The notes: generated by a model not told the origin, from the letters alone. Shown: positions 1 through 9,762, numbered from the stretch's first letter. The stretch: 64,000 nt of DNA from Candidatus Poribacteria bacterium (GCA_965198235.1 OZ240248.1:1664001-1728000), one strand, 5' to 3'. Program-made: numbers and translations.

Positions 1-15
1 GTGATGTTCTTCTAA

Positions 16-108
16 TAGGACTTACGCAATTTTCTTATCAGCACCTACATGCGCACGCCGCTGGCGAGGTTTCAAACCTCGCCAGCAAAGGAAGCTGCGT
101 AAGTCCCG
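16..108. mobile_element. 93-bp MITE-like element carrying an internal REP-like hairpin
   Basis: Ends taggacttacgca / tgcgtaagtcccg are inverted repeats; flanked by tctaa at 11-15 and 109-113 (possible target duplication); internal hairpin gctggcgaggtttcaaacctcgccagc. Confidence 0.6.
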
Positions 109-164
109 TCTAATCAAGGACAGTCTATTTTTAGGATAGCATATTGTAGGCGGATTGTCAAGTT

Positions 165-947
165 CTACACTGACATCGGTGCATATTCATCCAGCAAGTT
201 TCTTAGAGAGTTTGCTTTGTCTAAAATCTCATGGCTTTCAAAGCTGCGGATCTCGAACAGGCGTGGCAACTGTTGGTAGAGTGCCGGTAGTTCTAAAATC
301 TCTACAATCTGTTCTTGGATCCACTTGTCGTAGGTGATAGGGTAGGTGCGTCGAGCGATAAAGAGGGCTTGTAGAAACTCACGGAACGCATCGTAAAAGC
401 GGTTGAAGCACTGAAAATGGAGTCGGCGTTCAATGTAGAGTGGGATATGGTCGAGATTGTTGAGACAATACTTCTGTACCATTGATAGGCGATCGCGGCG
501 CAGCGTTTCATCGTAGTAGGGCAACCACTTTGCCTTGAGTTCGTCGAGATAATTGCCTCTCTGGTAGAGTGGAACGCTATAGACTAAATAATTGCCAATC
601 ACGAGTTCAAACTCATCCGGTCCACCGACCCAATAGTGTTCCGTCGGCACGAAGTGTCCATCGCTGAATTCGAGATCGACGTGTGCATATTTCCCGACAG
701 CGGCGAGCTTTTGAAAAATAGGGGCAGTTGTATAAAATTCGTCCCAAATTTTCTGAATTTCCTCCTGTGCTGTAGACATGGCTTCAGGTCTGCCGAGGAC
801 GAGGATATCCAGACAACTGTCTCGGCTTGCTTTGCGGCGGGCACATGAACAGATTAAGCAGACCGCTTCAATTTCTGGGATTGCGGTGAAGAACTCGACA
901 ATCGCTTCAGCGGTACTCCGGTGTTCGGGGGTTGGATAGAGATTCAT
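165..947 (-). CDS. Nucleotidyltransferase (Pol-beta superfamily) domain protein
   Basis: ORF 165..1082; likely start MNLYPT at 947 because the longer start overlaps the upstream gene deeply; hh-S-x-ARxxxxxxS-x-LD-h pattern plus helical C-terminal domain. Confidence 0.6.
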   Translation of the reverse strand: MNLYPTPEHRSTAEAIVEFFTAIPEIEAVCLICSCARRKASRDSCLDILVLGRPEAMSTAQEEIQKIWDEFYTTAPIFQKLAAVGKYAHVDLEFSDGHFVPTEHYWVGGPDEFELVIGNYLVYSVPLYQRGNYLDELKAKWLPYYDETLRRDRLSMVQKYCLNNLDHIPLYIERRLHFQCFNRFYDAFREFLQALFIARRTYPITYDKWIQEQIVEILELPALYQQLPRLFEIRSFESHEILDKANSLRNLLDEYAPMSV

Positions 948-3618
948 AACCGTTGGTATGTTCATGAATTCGTTGACGTTCACGGTTGACATCTGCATCT
1001 GCCCGGCGAGGAATACCCGTGATTGCGTCGACGGATTCGTCTGCCTTAAAGCGTAGGTAGAGTTTTTGGGATTTCGCGGCAAGCGAGGGGTTCTTGAGGG
1101 CGCGGTAGCAACGCATCATATTGTAATGTGCGTCCAGATCTTCTGGGTCGACGGTAAGCGTCTTTTGGAATTCAGCCAGAGCGGTTTCGTAGTTGCGTTT
1201 CAGAAAGTGTATACGTCCAAGTTTATTTCGGACACGGGTATCGCGTGGGAATTGCGAGACAGCGTGCTCCAGATGCTCAATCGCTGTGTCGTAATTGCCG
1301 TAGACCTCTTGAATGAGTGCGTAAAAGTAATGGACCTTCGCGCGGTGTGGATTTTCAGGTGGCAATGTCTTTTGGATTTCAAACGCCTTTTCAAGCATCG
1401 ATTCTGCGCCTTGCATGTCTCCTTCTTGGATTCTGGCTCTTGCCACGTTTACCCATCCATCGAGGTATGCTGGCTCTATCTCGGTTACTTTGAGAAATGC
1501 GGTCTCTGCGGCTTTCAGATCGCCCTGTAGGAGTAGCCCGATGCCGTAGTCGTTCCACCGTTCGCGCGTATTTTTAGACTTTGGTTGTGAGTCCACCGGG
1601 TCCACTACTTCGGCTGACGGCACAGGGACTGTGCCTGCTACCTTTAAGGTTGTTTTGGTAGATGCCATTACGATAGTGGGTAGGTTTGGGATCGCTTTGA
1701 TTTTTCCTGCGACATCTGAGGTATCCCCGGTCCAGACCCACTTGCCATCATCGTAGCCTTTATCTACCTGAAAATCTGTGTCTTCTGGGTCGCGCACGCC
1801 GGCGTAAGCCCACTGTGTATGCCACCAATTGAATTTGCGATAGTTGAGTTTCGCCTCCACTGTGAGAAAATTTCCACAATCCGTTGGGATTTCGAGTCGG
1901 TAGCGTGCGGTATCGGCGGCACCCGGCGGAATTGTGTTTGAGTAGAGGACGGTTCGAGTTGCCCAGGCATTTCGTTTATTAATCAGATTTCCGTGTGCAT
2001 CCAGCATATAGGCGCGATAAAAGTGTGCGCTTGGATCGACGGGTCCGTTACCATTGGGTGCGGCGATTCTGCCGTTCCAGAAGACAATTTTTCCGTTTTC
2101 ATCAGTGGCTTTCACTTCCAGCCAGATGTCGAATGCGTCAATCGTGCCAGCTGGAAAGCGGTGACCGACCCCCCGTGTGCGGACTACGACATCGACCCGT
2201 GTGTCCTCACCTCGGACAACTTCAGTACCGTCGCGTGGGATCGGTGTGCCGTCTGCAAACAAATCTAACGTTACGACTTCATCCTGCAAAAATTCTGTTA
2301 TGATTTTGAGTTGCTCTGGATGTTGATTCACAAAAGGCAGGGCTGTGTTCGCGGCTGGGAATCGGTGGTTGTGGACCTTGCCGTTGATATTCCCGGCGTC
2401 TGTGGAGTCAACGAGTGGCATGTGACAATCGACACACTTCTTCGCCGTTTCGGGATAGTAGAAGGACAACGCGCCTTGATGTGAGACACCGCTTTTCTGC
2501 CACTGATCGTAGTCGTCAAAACCTCGTATCCATCGAAAATTGTTGACCGGTTCGTCGAGATGCACTTTATGACAGGTTGAACAGAATTCGGCGGTGTTTT
2601 CACGGTGGAACGGTTTGAGAAAACTTTTTTTGTGAGGCTCCGGATCAAGCCGAATGAGATAGTTGTGCAAATTGCGGATAACAGGATTATCGCTGGCAGC
2701 GATGTCGTGAAGGGGAGGGTATTTAATCACGTATCCGCTGTTGCCCATCGTGTCTTTGACCTTTTCAATAGAGTGGCAAGCAGTACATGCAAGTCCGGCT
2801 TGGGCGGCGGGTGTGTGCAGGTTTTCACGAATGGGTCTGTCCATCACACCGTTGAGTAGGATTGCTGGATCGTGGCATCCCCCGCACCATTTGGAAGGTT
2901 GAATGCCGTTGACATCCTGCATATAGATAATTGACTTACGATACCACTGGTTATTGAAAGAAGAGAAATGGTGGGCGGATTCGTTCCACTGCTGATAGAT
3001 GTCTGAATGGCATCCCTTGGTAGCGCAGGTTTCCGAGGTGAGAAAGAAATCGGTTGGAATCAGCGCACCCGTCTCTGTTTCGACGGATGCGGGGAAGAAA
3101 TGACCGGTTGTACCACCGCCCTCCTCATACATACTCGTAGGGGGTAGTGCGGGGTTCTCGACGAGATATGTTTCATTCGGTAAATAGTGTTGTGTGAGTT
3201 TCGCGCCTACCGGGAAAAGGACGACAACAGTTAGCACGCCGATGCTTATTTTTCTCAACGATGGCGTGAGGAGTTCCTTGTCTCTTAATAGGTGAACACA
3301 GAGGAGAATACTCCCCGCGCTTACACTGACGATGTGTGTGATGAGTAGCCATCGATACGGAGTTGTCGCGCCGACAATCATCAGATAGCCACCACTGATG
3401 ACACCAACGGCTATTCCGATAATTCCTATTCGTCCGAGCGTTGAGATTCGCTTGAATTGTCGGTAGATGTAGATACTGAATGGAATTATCAGAACAATAC
3501 CAAGTCCAACGTGAAGGAGGACGTTGGAGATGTAAAAGAGCGTCGGTTCGCCGAAGCTAAACAGGTACGCGCTGTTTATGAGTAGAATGAGGAAAGTAAT
3601 CAAGGAAAGTTTACGCAT
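907..3618 (-). CDS. Membrane-anchored multiheme cytochrome c (c554/c552-like) with C-terminal TPR repeats
   Basis: N-terminal TM helices; heme motifs CATKGCH, CGGCH, CTACH, CSTCH, CVDCH; TPR-like helices in last ~220 aa. Confidence 0.8.
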   Translation of the reverse strand: MRKLSLITFLILLINSAYLFSFGEPTLFYISNVLLHVGLGIVLIIPFSIYIYRQFKRISTLGRIGIIGIAVGVISGGYLMIVGATTPYRWLLITHIVSVSAGSILLCVHLLRDKELLTPSLRKISIGVLTVVVLFPVGAKLTQHYLPNETYLVENPALPPTSMYEEGGGTTGHFFPASVETETGALIPTDFFLTSETCATKGCHSDIYQQWNESAHHFSSFNNQWYRKSIIYMQDVNGIQPSKWCGGCHDPAILLNGVMDRPIRENLHTPAAQAGLACTACHSIEKVKDTMGNSGYVIKYPPLHDIAASDNPVIRNLHNYLIRLDPEPHKKSFLKPFHRENTAEFCSTCHKVHLDEPVNNFRWIRGFDDYDQWQKSGVSHQGALSFYYPETAKKCVDCHMPLVDSTDAGNINGKVHNHRFPAANTALPFVNQHPEQLKIITEFLQDEVVTLDLFADGTPIPRDGTEVVRGEDTRVDVVVRTRGVGHRFPAGTIDAFDIWLEVKATDENGKIVFWNGRIAAPNGNGPVDPSAHFYRAYMLDAHGNLINKRNAWATRTVLYSNTIPPGAADTARYRLEIPTDCGNFLTVEAKLNYRKFNWWHTQWAYAGVRDPEDTDFQVDKGYDDGKWVWTGDTSDVAGKIKAIPNLPTIVMASTKTTLKVAGTVPVPSAEVVDPVDSQPKSKNTRERWNDYGIGLLLQGDLKAAETAFLKVTEIEPAYLDGWVNVARARIQEGDMQGAESMLEKAFEIQKTLPPENPHRAKVHYFYALIQEVYGNYDTAIEHLEHAVSQFPRDTRVRNKLGRIHFLKRNYETALAEFQKTLTVDPEDLDAHYNMMRCYRALKNPSLAAKSQKLYLRFKADESVDAITGIPRRADADVNRERQRIHEHTNGYESLSNPRTPEYR

Positions 3619-3660
3619 CTTTTTTTATGGTGTGCCGCTGTGGTTGTGCGATTGAATAGA

Positions 3661-3812
3661 TCATTGGTTCCTGATGCGGTCTGTAGGTCGTGAGAGTAGT
3701 TCTCCGTATTGTTTAAGGAATTCTTCTTTGGACAATATCTGACGGTTTACCAGAACCATGGCACCATACAGAAAAGTAAAAAACGAATCGGCTTTATATT
3801 TAAAAGGAACAT
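3661..3812 (-). pseudogene. Collapsed gene remnant (signal-peptide-like start joined out of frame to a C-terminus)
   Basis: AGGAG RBS, ATG at 3812 (MFLLNIKPIRFLLFCMV...), stop at 3747; another frame reads ...QILSKEEFLKQYGELLSRPTDRIRNQ* ending 3661. Confidence 0.4.
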
Positions 3813-3841
3813 CGGTTTTCTCCTAATCTCTTTAAGCAGGC

Positions 3842-4534
3842 TTATTGAGACGTTCCACTGGGGGTAACCCGCATCGGTAGGGGTTCTGTCAGTTCATAAA
3901 TCCATCCGCCGGGGAGTAGTGGATTTTCCGCCACACCTGTCACCTTCAAATAGGAAGTATATCTCGTAATTTTTCCAGTGTGAGCGACATCGTTGAACAG
4001 CCGCTTTACCTCTTGCCACGTCTCATCACGCCATGCGATGAGCTCGGGCGACTTTCCAGCCACTCCATCCGTACTTCTCAGTTCCGTATAGAGTTCTACG
4101 GCTTTGGTTAGGTTCGTGCGAATTTCCTCCTCAAGCACGGGGATTTTCTCTTCAATTTCAATGAGCGTTAATCCATAGTAACGTTCTTCTTTAGACTCGG
4201 AGACGTTTTCCGTTTCGGTGCTATCGGACGGAGTGCTTTCTTCAGTCGTCACTTCCGCTTCGGAAAGTTGTGTATCTTGCGGTGTGAGACCTTCAGAATC
4301 AATAGACACGCGGGAATCCACGGATGTAGAGGTGTCTTCTGTTTCATTGGCATCTTCTTTTGTTTGTTCCTTTTGTTTATCTACGGACTGAACTGTAGCG
4401 CGCCGTTCTGGCACGACAATTTTATAAATTTTTATCGGTTCCTGAGGTGGCTGGTTTGTTCTATAAAGCAGAATACCGACGAACACCGCTACACAGAGCA
4501 ATATGCCACCCCAGAATAACTTTGAGTTAAACAT
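3842..4534 (-). CDS. Hypothetical membrane-anchored protein with acidic low-complexity linker
   Basis: 230-aa ORF, N-terminal TM helix, GGAG RBS upstream. Confidence 0.7.
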   Translation of the reverse strand: MFNSKLFWGGILLCVAVFVGILLYRTNQPPQEPIKIYKIVVPERRATVQSVDKQKEQTKEDANETEDTSTSVDSRVSIDSEGLTPQDTQLSEAEVTTEESTPSDSTETENVSESKEERYYGLTLIEIEEKIPVLEEEIRTNLTKAVELYTELRSTDGVAGKSPELIAWRDETWQEVKRLFNDVAHTGKITRYTSYLKVTGVAENPLLPGGWIYELTEPLPMRVTPSGTSQ

Positions 4535-4654
4535 GGTGCAAAGCTCCCTTTATGGTGGATTGGTGTGTCGTATCTACTCTTAACGTCAGGTTGAGTCAGA
4601 AGATACCGATTATAGAACCTTTCAGTTTTCGGTTGTACTGTGCCGTACAGAATT

Positions 4655-5404
4655 TTATCCTGCGGTATAACCACCATCAATCGGTAAAGCGATGCCTGTA
4701 ACGAAAGCAGACTCGTCGGAGGCGAGGTATAGTGCGCCGTAGGCGATCTCTTCGGGTTGAGCGAGCCGCCGCATCGGGTGCTTGTCCGCGAGTGTCCGAT
4801 ATTCCTCTGGCGTTTTGATGACACCGGCAACTAACGGCGTTTCAACGAAGCCGGGGCAGATGCAATTAACCCGAATGTTATCCTCCGCGTAATCAAGTGC
4901 CATCCCGCGTGTGAGGTTCGTCACACCGCCTTTGGAAGCGACATACGCTGCCCGAACGCCCGCACCGACGATTCCGTAGATGGAGGATAGGTTGATGATG
5001 GAACCACCACCGTTTTTCTGCATTGCGGGAATCGCTGCTTTGGCGCAAAGATAGACCCCAGTGAGGTTAACATTTAGACAGCGGTGCCAGTCGTCCTCTG
5101 GCAGATCGGCAACAGGGAGCCGCATTGCAATTCCAGCACTGCTGATCAGGATATCAAGTTTTCCATAGTTGTTAAGGGTCTCCTGCACCATACGCTCAGC
5201 GTTGTCTAAAATTGTCACATCGGTTTGGACATAGATCGCTTCGTTGCCTGCGTCTCGGATAGTGGTGACGGTCTGGTTGGCGCGATCTTCATCGATGTCG
5301 GCGACGACTACCTCCGCACCGTGTTCGGCGAAAAGGATCGCTGTGGCTTTTCCGATACCGGATGCGGCACCTGTAACGATGGCTACCTTGTCTTTGAGTC
5401 GCAT
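4655..5404 (-). CDS. SDR family NAD(P)-dependent oxidoreductase
   Basis: TGAASGIG, YVASK, DGG C-terminal motifs. Confidence 0.92.
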   Translation of the reverse strand: MRLKDKVAIVTGAASGIGKATAILFAEHGAEVVVADIDEDRANQTVTTIRDAGNEAIYVQTDVTILDNAERMVQETLNNYGKLDILISSAGIAMRLPVADLPEDDWHRCLNVNLTGVYLCAKAAIPAMQKNGGGSIINLSSIYGIVGAGVRAAYVASKGGVTNLTRGMALDYAEDNIRVNCICPGFVETPLVAGVIKTPEEYRTLADKHPMRRLAQPEEIAYGALYLASDESAFVTGIALPIDGGYTAG

Positions 5405-5558
5405 TTTAATTTATGGTCCTCTGGACTGCCCTCCACTATGTTAAGGGCAGGTTCTTGATGGACTCAGCAGTAAGCGCAACCAACGGGCGCGCTGGATATA
5501 CGCCGAGGATCGTTATTCATTCAACCCACCTCACCGATCCGCAAGGGAAAATTAAAGA
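5405..5558. repeat. Junction element, family A
   Basis: Left end ttttaatttatggtcctctggactgccctcca matches reverse complement of 39575-39612; right end ccgcaagggaaaattaaa matches 51075-51094; abuts SDR ATG and contains FAH stop codon. Confidence 0.75.
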
Positions 5559-6481
5559 CCTTTTTCCGTCCATTCCGCGGGGTTCACGTCAGGTTCACCG
5601 ATTTGGTTTCTGAGTACGCCGATGTTTTCAACCTCAAGTTCAATGACATCCCCAGGTTGAATCCAGCGGTCGAGTTCCCACCCGCACCCTTTTCCGACGG
5701 TGCCGGAGCCTAAAAACTCGCCGGGATGGAGCGTCTCTGATTGTGATACGAACGAAATCATTTCTTCAAACGAGTAATACATATCCGAAGTATTGCCATC
5801 TGCCCAGACTTCGCCGTTGACTCTGGCGATCATTCGGAGGTTGTACGGGTCGCGGATTTCATCTGGTGTAACGAGGCAGGGTCCCATAATGTTGCTATTG
5901 TCGAAATCCTTCCCTTTAGCGGGACCGAGTGCCATGGTCATGTGCCGAAATTGAATATCCCGCGCACTGATGTCGTTGTAAATGGTATAACCAGCGATGT
6001 ACTCGGAGGCTTCTGCTACGGAGATATTTTTTCCAGTTTTGCCGATATAGATGCCCCACTCCAGTTCAAAATCGAGTTTTTGGGTGTAGTTGGGCCAAGT
6101 GACAACGGCTTCGTGTCCGGTAATGGAGGATGGACTCGTGCTGCCGCGGTAATAGTTGGGCAGTTTGAACCATTCAGGCGAGATCTCTTTGCCGGTAATC
6201 CGCGCGGCGGCATCCATGTGGGTTTTGAATACGCCGAAATCGCGTAGGCTTGCAGGACGTGGAAACGGCGCGAGCAGTTGCACATCAGCCACAGGGAAAA
6301 CAACATCGGACAGGTCTGTGCGTTCAATGTACCTTTGCGCGTCGGCTATGCAATTCTGTTCAAAGAATTGGCACATATCTGGGGCAACTGCGGTGAGGTC
6401 AACAATCTGATCGCCGTCAATCCGAGTGCCGAGCCTTGGTGTAGTAGGTGTTGATTTGGTTTGAAAGGTAACGAGTTTCAT
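5552..6481 (-). CDS. Fumarylacetoacetate hydrolase family protein
   Basis: DFELE, NDISARD, KGKDF, GSGT motifs. Confidence 0.9.
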   Translation of the reverse strand: MKLVTFQTKSTPTTPRLGTRIDGDQIVDLTAVAPDMCQFFEQNCIADAQRYIERTDLSDVVFPVADVQLLAPFPRPASLRDFGVFKTHMDAAARITGKEISPEWFKLPNYYRGSTSPSSITGHEAVVTWPNYTQKLDFELEWGIYIGKTGKNISVAEASEYIAGYTIYNDISARDIQFRHMTMALGPAKGKDFDNSNIMGPCLVTPDEIRDPYNLRMIARVNGEVWADGNTSDMYYSFEEMISFVSQSETLHPGEFLGSGTVGKGCGWELDRWIQPGDVIELEVENIGVLRNQIGEPDVNPAEWTEKGL

Positions 6482-6710
6482 AAGCGTTCTGTATTACGAC
6501 AATTACAACTCCTTGTTCAAATAGTTGTATAGTGTTGATTATACGATAGATACATTTAGAAATCAAGATTTTTTTTGAAAGTTTAGATAAGATTTTTCTT
6601 GCGTCTACGACGGAGATGCGGCATAATGAGTTGTATACGTTTTACACATTTGCGGGTGTTCCTGTTGATATCGCTGACCCTGTGATAGACCTGCCGAAAT
6701 AAAAGAGGGA

Positions 6711-7469
6711 ATGAGTATGGTTACCCGGCAAGACATTCAAGCTACATGTGATGACATCGTACGCGAATTCGCGCCACTACAAATTATTCTTTTCGGTTCT
6801 TATGCGTACGGCACACCCTCGGAATACTCTGATGTTGATTTGTTGATAGTGATGCCGGGTCCGAAATCAGAGACGCGCAGGCAGGAAATAGAGATTCAAG
6901 AACGTATTCCGCGCCGCTTCCGCATGGACTTGCTCGTGCGTTCGTCTGAGGAGATAGCGTATCGCCTCTCTTATAACGACTGGTTTCTCCGCGAGGTCAC
7001 TGAAAAGGGTGAAGTCCTCTATGAATCTGCCAATTTTCTCTTGAAACCGCCGAAAAAGGAACAGTGTGCCATGAATCCGTTGGCATTGGAATGGGTAGAG
7101 AACGCCGAAGAGGATTATCTTGGGATGCGGCAGCTTCAGCAAGGGCAGCATCCGCTATATAATATTGTATGCTTCCATGCCCAGCAATGTGTCGAGAAGT
7201 ATCTAAAGGCATGGCTTCAAGAGCGGAACATTCCCTTTCCGAGAACACATGATTTAAAAGAATTGCTGGAACTGGTTCTTCCTGCGATGCCTATTTGGCG
7301 GGTTTGGCAGCCCGATTTTACATTGCTTTCCAAATACGCGGTGGCGACTCGCTATCCCGGTGCCTCTGCTACAGCCGACGATGCAGAACACACGGCGCGC
7401 ATCTGTACTGAGGTGCGTCAAGCCGTGCGCGAGCATTTAAAACTACCGCTTGATGGAACAGCTGACTAA
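6711..7469 (+). CDS. Fused MNT (minimal nucleotidyltransferase)-HEPN domain protein
   Basis: GSYAYG...SDVDL in N-half; FHAQQCVEKYLKA, RTHDL, TRYPG in C-half. Confidence 0.85.
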   Translation: MSMVTRQDIQATCDDIVREFAPLQIILFGSYAYGTPSEYSDVDLLIVMPGPKSETRRQEIEIQERIPRRFRMDLLVRSSEEIAYRLSYNDWFLREVTEKGEVLYESANFLLKPPKKEQCAMNPLALEWVENAEEDYLGMRQLQQGQHPLYNIVCFHAQQCVEKYLKAWLQERNIPFPRTHDLKELLELVLPAMPIWRVWQPDFTLLSKYAVATRYPGASATADDAEHTARICTEVRQAVREHLKLPLDGTAD

Positions 7470-8734
7470 GGAAGTTTCGGCTTTGTTAGCAGATGCACAA
7501 GTGGTGGTTCGCCTGTCAACGTTTCTAAAAACTCGACAAGATCTCTTTTTTCCTGTTCACTGAGATGGAGGGGTTCCACTGGGCCTGCGCTTCTGCCGAC
7601 AAATTCGTTTGTGGTGCCGCCTACGTCATTGAATTCAATCACAGAAGCGAGTGTTGGAAATTCGCCGGTGTGGAAATAGGGTGGCGTTAGTGCGACGTTA
7701 CGGAGGGTTGGCGTTTTGAATTCGCCTTGATGTTCCAGTCTCGGCTCCAGGAGACTCAGCATGCGTGTGGCATCCGCCCTTGAATCGCTATAGATGCTGG
7801 TACTGTTAAACGGATCGGCTAAGAGTTTCGCGATTCCTTGGAAACGTCCGGTATCTTCTGGCAGCGCGCCTTGTGGTATCCCAAGGTTATGGAAATCGTT
7901 GTCTCTAAAGTGTGGTGTTCCATGGCAGAGGACACAGACACCTTTTCCGATGAATATCTTTAAGCCGCGCTTTGCTTCAGGTGTAATCGCCTCTTCATCG
8001 CCTGCTACATACTGATCGAAAGGTGCGTTCCGACTAATCAAAAGGCGTTCGTAGGCTTCAATTGCCTTACCGATGTTTGCAAAGACAGTGTTCGCAGCAA
8101 CCTGATCAGCTTCGGACATGTTATCGAACACCGCATCGCCGGGTTTACCATTAGGCGGGAAACGTGTGGCATCTTCGAGTTCAGGAAGGGTGCCGAAGAC
8201 GGCTTCATATTCTGCTTCATAATGCCCTTTGATGAGGTGTGCGTACTGGAGTCGTGTGCCGGCTTGTTCTTCGCCACCTTCGAGTGCGAATAGTGCTTGT
8301 GCCCAGAGGGTCTCCGCGCGTCCGTCCCAAAATTGCCATTTGTTATAGGCAGCATTGAGAACGGTTGGTGCATTTCTTGTGCCGCGTCTGGTCCCTAATG
8401 AAGTGGCTTCAACATCGGCAAAGCCATGGAATGGTGAATGGCATGTTGCACAGGAAATTGTGCCTTCCTTTGAGAATCGTGTGTCAAAGAAAAACATCTG
8501 CCCTAACTGTGCCGCATCTGGATTATCAGCGACGCGATTTGTGAGACTTGGTGGTGGTTTGTCAGGTAGAGGCGATAAACTTTCAATCACTGCCCATTCG
8601 CTCTCGGTAAAGAGATTGGGAGTCTCCGTGAGGTGTTCTGGCTCAGATTCGGGTTGCATCTCTTCAATGCTTTCTTCACCGCACCCAAAGAGAAGTAGGG
8701 CGACGTTGCCTATAATCCAGATGATTAGACGCAT
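7466..8734 (-). CDS. Di-heme cytochrome c peroxidase/MauG family lipoprotein
   Basis: CATCH and CVLCH, QFWDGRA, FKTPTLRNV, PYFH; lipobox LFGC; start taken at MRLIIW (8734). Confidence 0.88.
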   Translation of the reverse strand: MRLIIWIIGNVALLLFGCGEESIEEMQPESEPEHLTETPNLFTESEWAVIESLSPLPDKPPPSLTNRVADNPDAAQLGQMFFFDTRFSKEGTISCATCHSPFHGFADVEATSLGTRRGTRNAPTVLNAAYNKWQFWDGRAETLWAQALFALEGGEEQAGTRLQYAHLIKGHYEAEYEAVFGTLPELEDATRFPPNGKPGDAVFDNMSEADQVAANTVFANIGKAIEAYERLLISRNAPFDQYVAGDEEAITPEAKRGLKIFIGKGVCVLCHGTPHFRDNDFHNLGIPQGALPEDTGRFQGIAKLLADPFNSTSIYSDSRADATRMLSLLEPRLEHQGEFKTPTLRNVALTPPYFHTGEFPTLASVIEFNDVGGTTNEFVGRSAGPVEPLHLSEQEKRDLVEFLETLTGEPPLVHLLTKPKLP

Positions 8735-8787
8735 GATTGACGTTTCCAACGGGCGGGATGAACCGATGTCGTAGCAGACAGCACACA

Positions 8788-9762
8788 CTATATCGTCAAG
8801 GACAGGAACAGTTCCTCAAGTGACATTTCAGTCGTGTGCATTTCAAGCAGTTGCCATCCACGTTTGACGATGGTTGCTGCTACTTCTGAACGGATGTCGG
8901 TCGCCAGTGTATAGTGAAGGTGGAACGTCGCCGTGTCATCCGTATCAGTATCGATCTGATCGACTTGAATCACGTTTGGTATGTCGTGGAGTTCGGTTGA
9001 TATATCGTCTGCTGGTGCTCCTGCTACCTCAAGTGCAAGAATGGAGGAGGCAACTTGCAAATTCTCTGTATTACGGGTAGATCCATCGCTCTGTCTGGGG
9101 GCGGCACGTCCATCTTTCAACAGAACATCCCCTGTAATTTTACCACGACTGATGATAATCAACCGTTCGCATGTGAGACTGGCTTCGGGTAAGATGTGGG
9201 TGCTGAACAGGATAGTCCGTTCCTTGCCGAGTGCTTTGATTAGTTCTCGAATTTCGACAATCTGCCGTGGATCCAATCCGGAGGTGGGTTCATCGAGAAT
9301 TAAAACGTCAGGCTCGTGAATGAGTGCTTGTGCTAAGCCGACGCGTTGTCGAAAACCGCGCGATAGTTGTCCGATAATCTGATGCCGGCGTTCGGTGAGA
9401 CCGCATGCCTCAATGGCATTATCCAGTTGCCCTTTGATGCTATTACGCGGCACACTGCGGATCTTTGCCATGTACATCAAGTACTTCGTCACCGTCATTT
9501 CCGGATAGAGCGGAACGTTTTCGGGGAGGTAACCGATGCGTTTCCGAACCTCTCGCGATTCTTTGAAAACATCATATCCGGCGACGGTAACGCGTCCGCT
9601 ACTCGCCGGCATAAAACAGGTGAGGATTCGCATTGTCGTTGTTTTTCCTGCTCCATTAGGACCGAGGAAGCCGACAATTTGTCCCTTGTCTACTTGGAAG
9701 GAGATGCCCTTGAGTGCTTGGAAGGGACCGTAGTTTTTGGTGATATTTTGAACTTCAATCAT
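8788..9762 (-). CDS. ABC-2 type transporter ATP-binding protein (GldA-like)
   Basis: GPNGAGKTT, LSRGFRQRV, ILDEPT, H-loop. Confidence 0.92.
   Translation of the reverse strand: MIEVQNITKNYGPFQALKGISFQVDKGQIVGFLGPNGAGKTTTMRILTCFMPASSGRVTVAGYDVFKESREVRKRIGYLPENVPLYPEMTVTKYLMYMAKIRSVPRNSIKGQLDNAIEACGLTERRHQIIGQLSRGFRQRVGLAQALIHEPDVLILDEPTSGLDPRQIVEIRELIKALGKERTILFSTHILPEASLTCERLIIISRGKITGDVLLKDGRAAPRQSDGSTRNTENLQVASSILALEVAGAPADDISTELHDIPNVIQVDQIDTDTDDTATFHLHYTLATDIRSEVAATIVKRGWQLLEMHTTEMSLEELFLSLTI

Noticed and set aside
948-1082. Long N-terminal extensions predicted for this ORF and for murD (39308-39397), murC, the MauG-like gene and the methyltransferase
   Set aside because: They overlap neighbouring genes or lie in repeats; downstream starts fit the family N-termini better.
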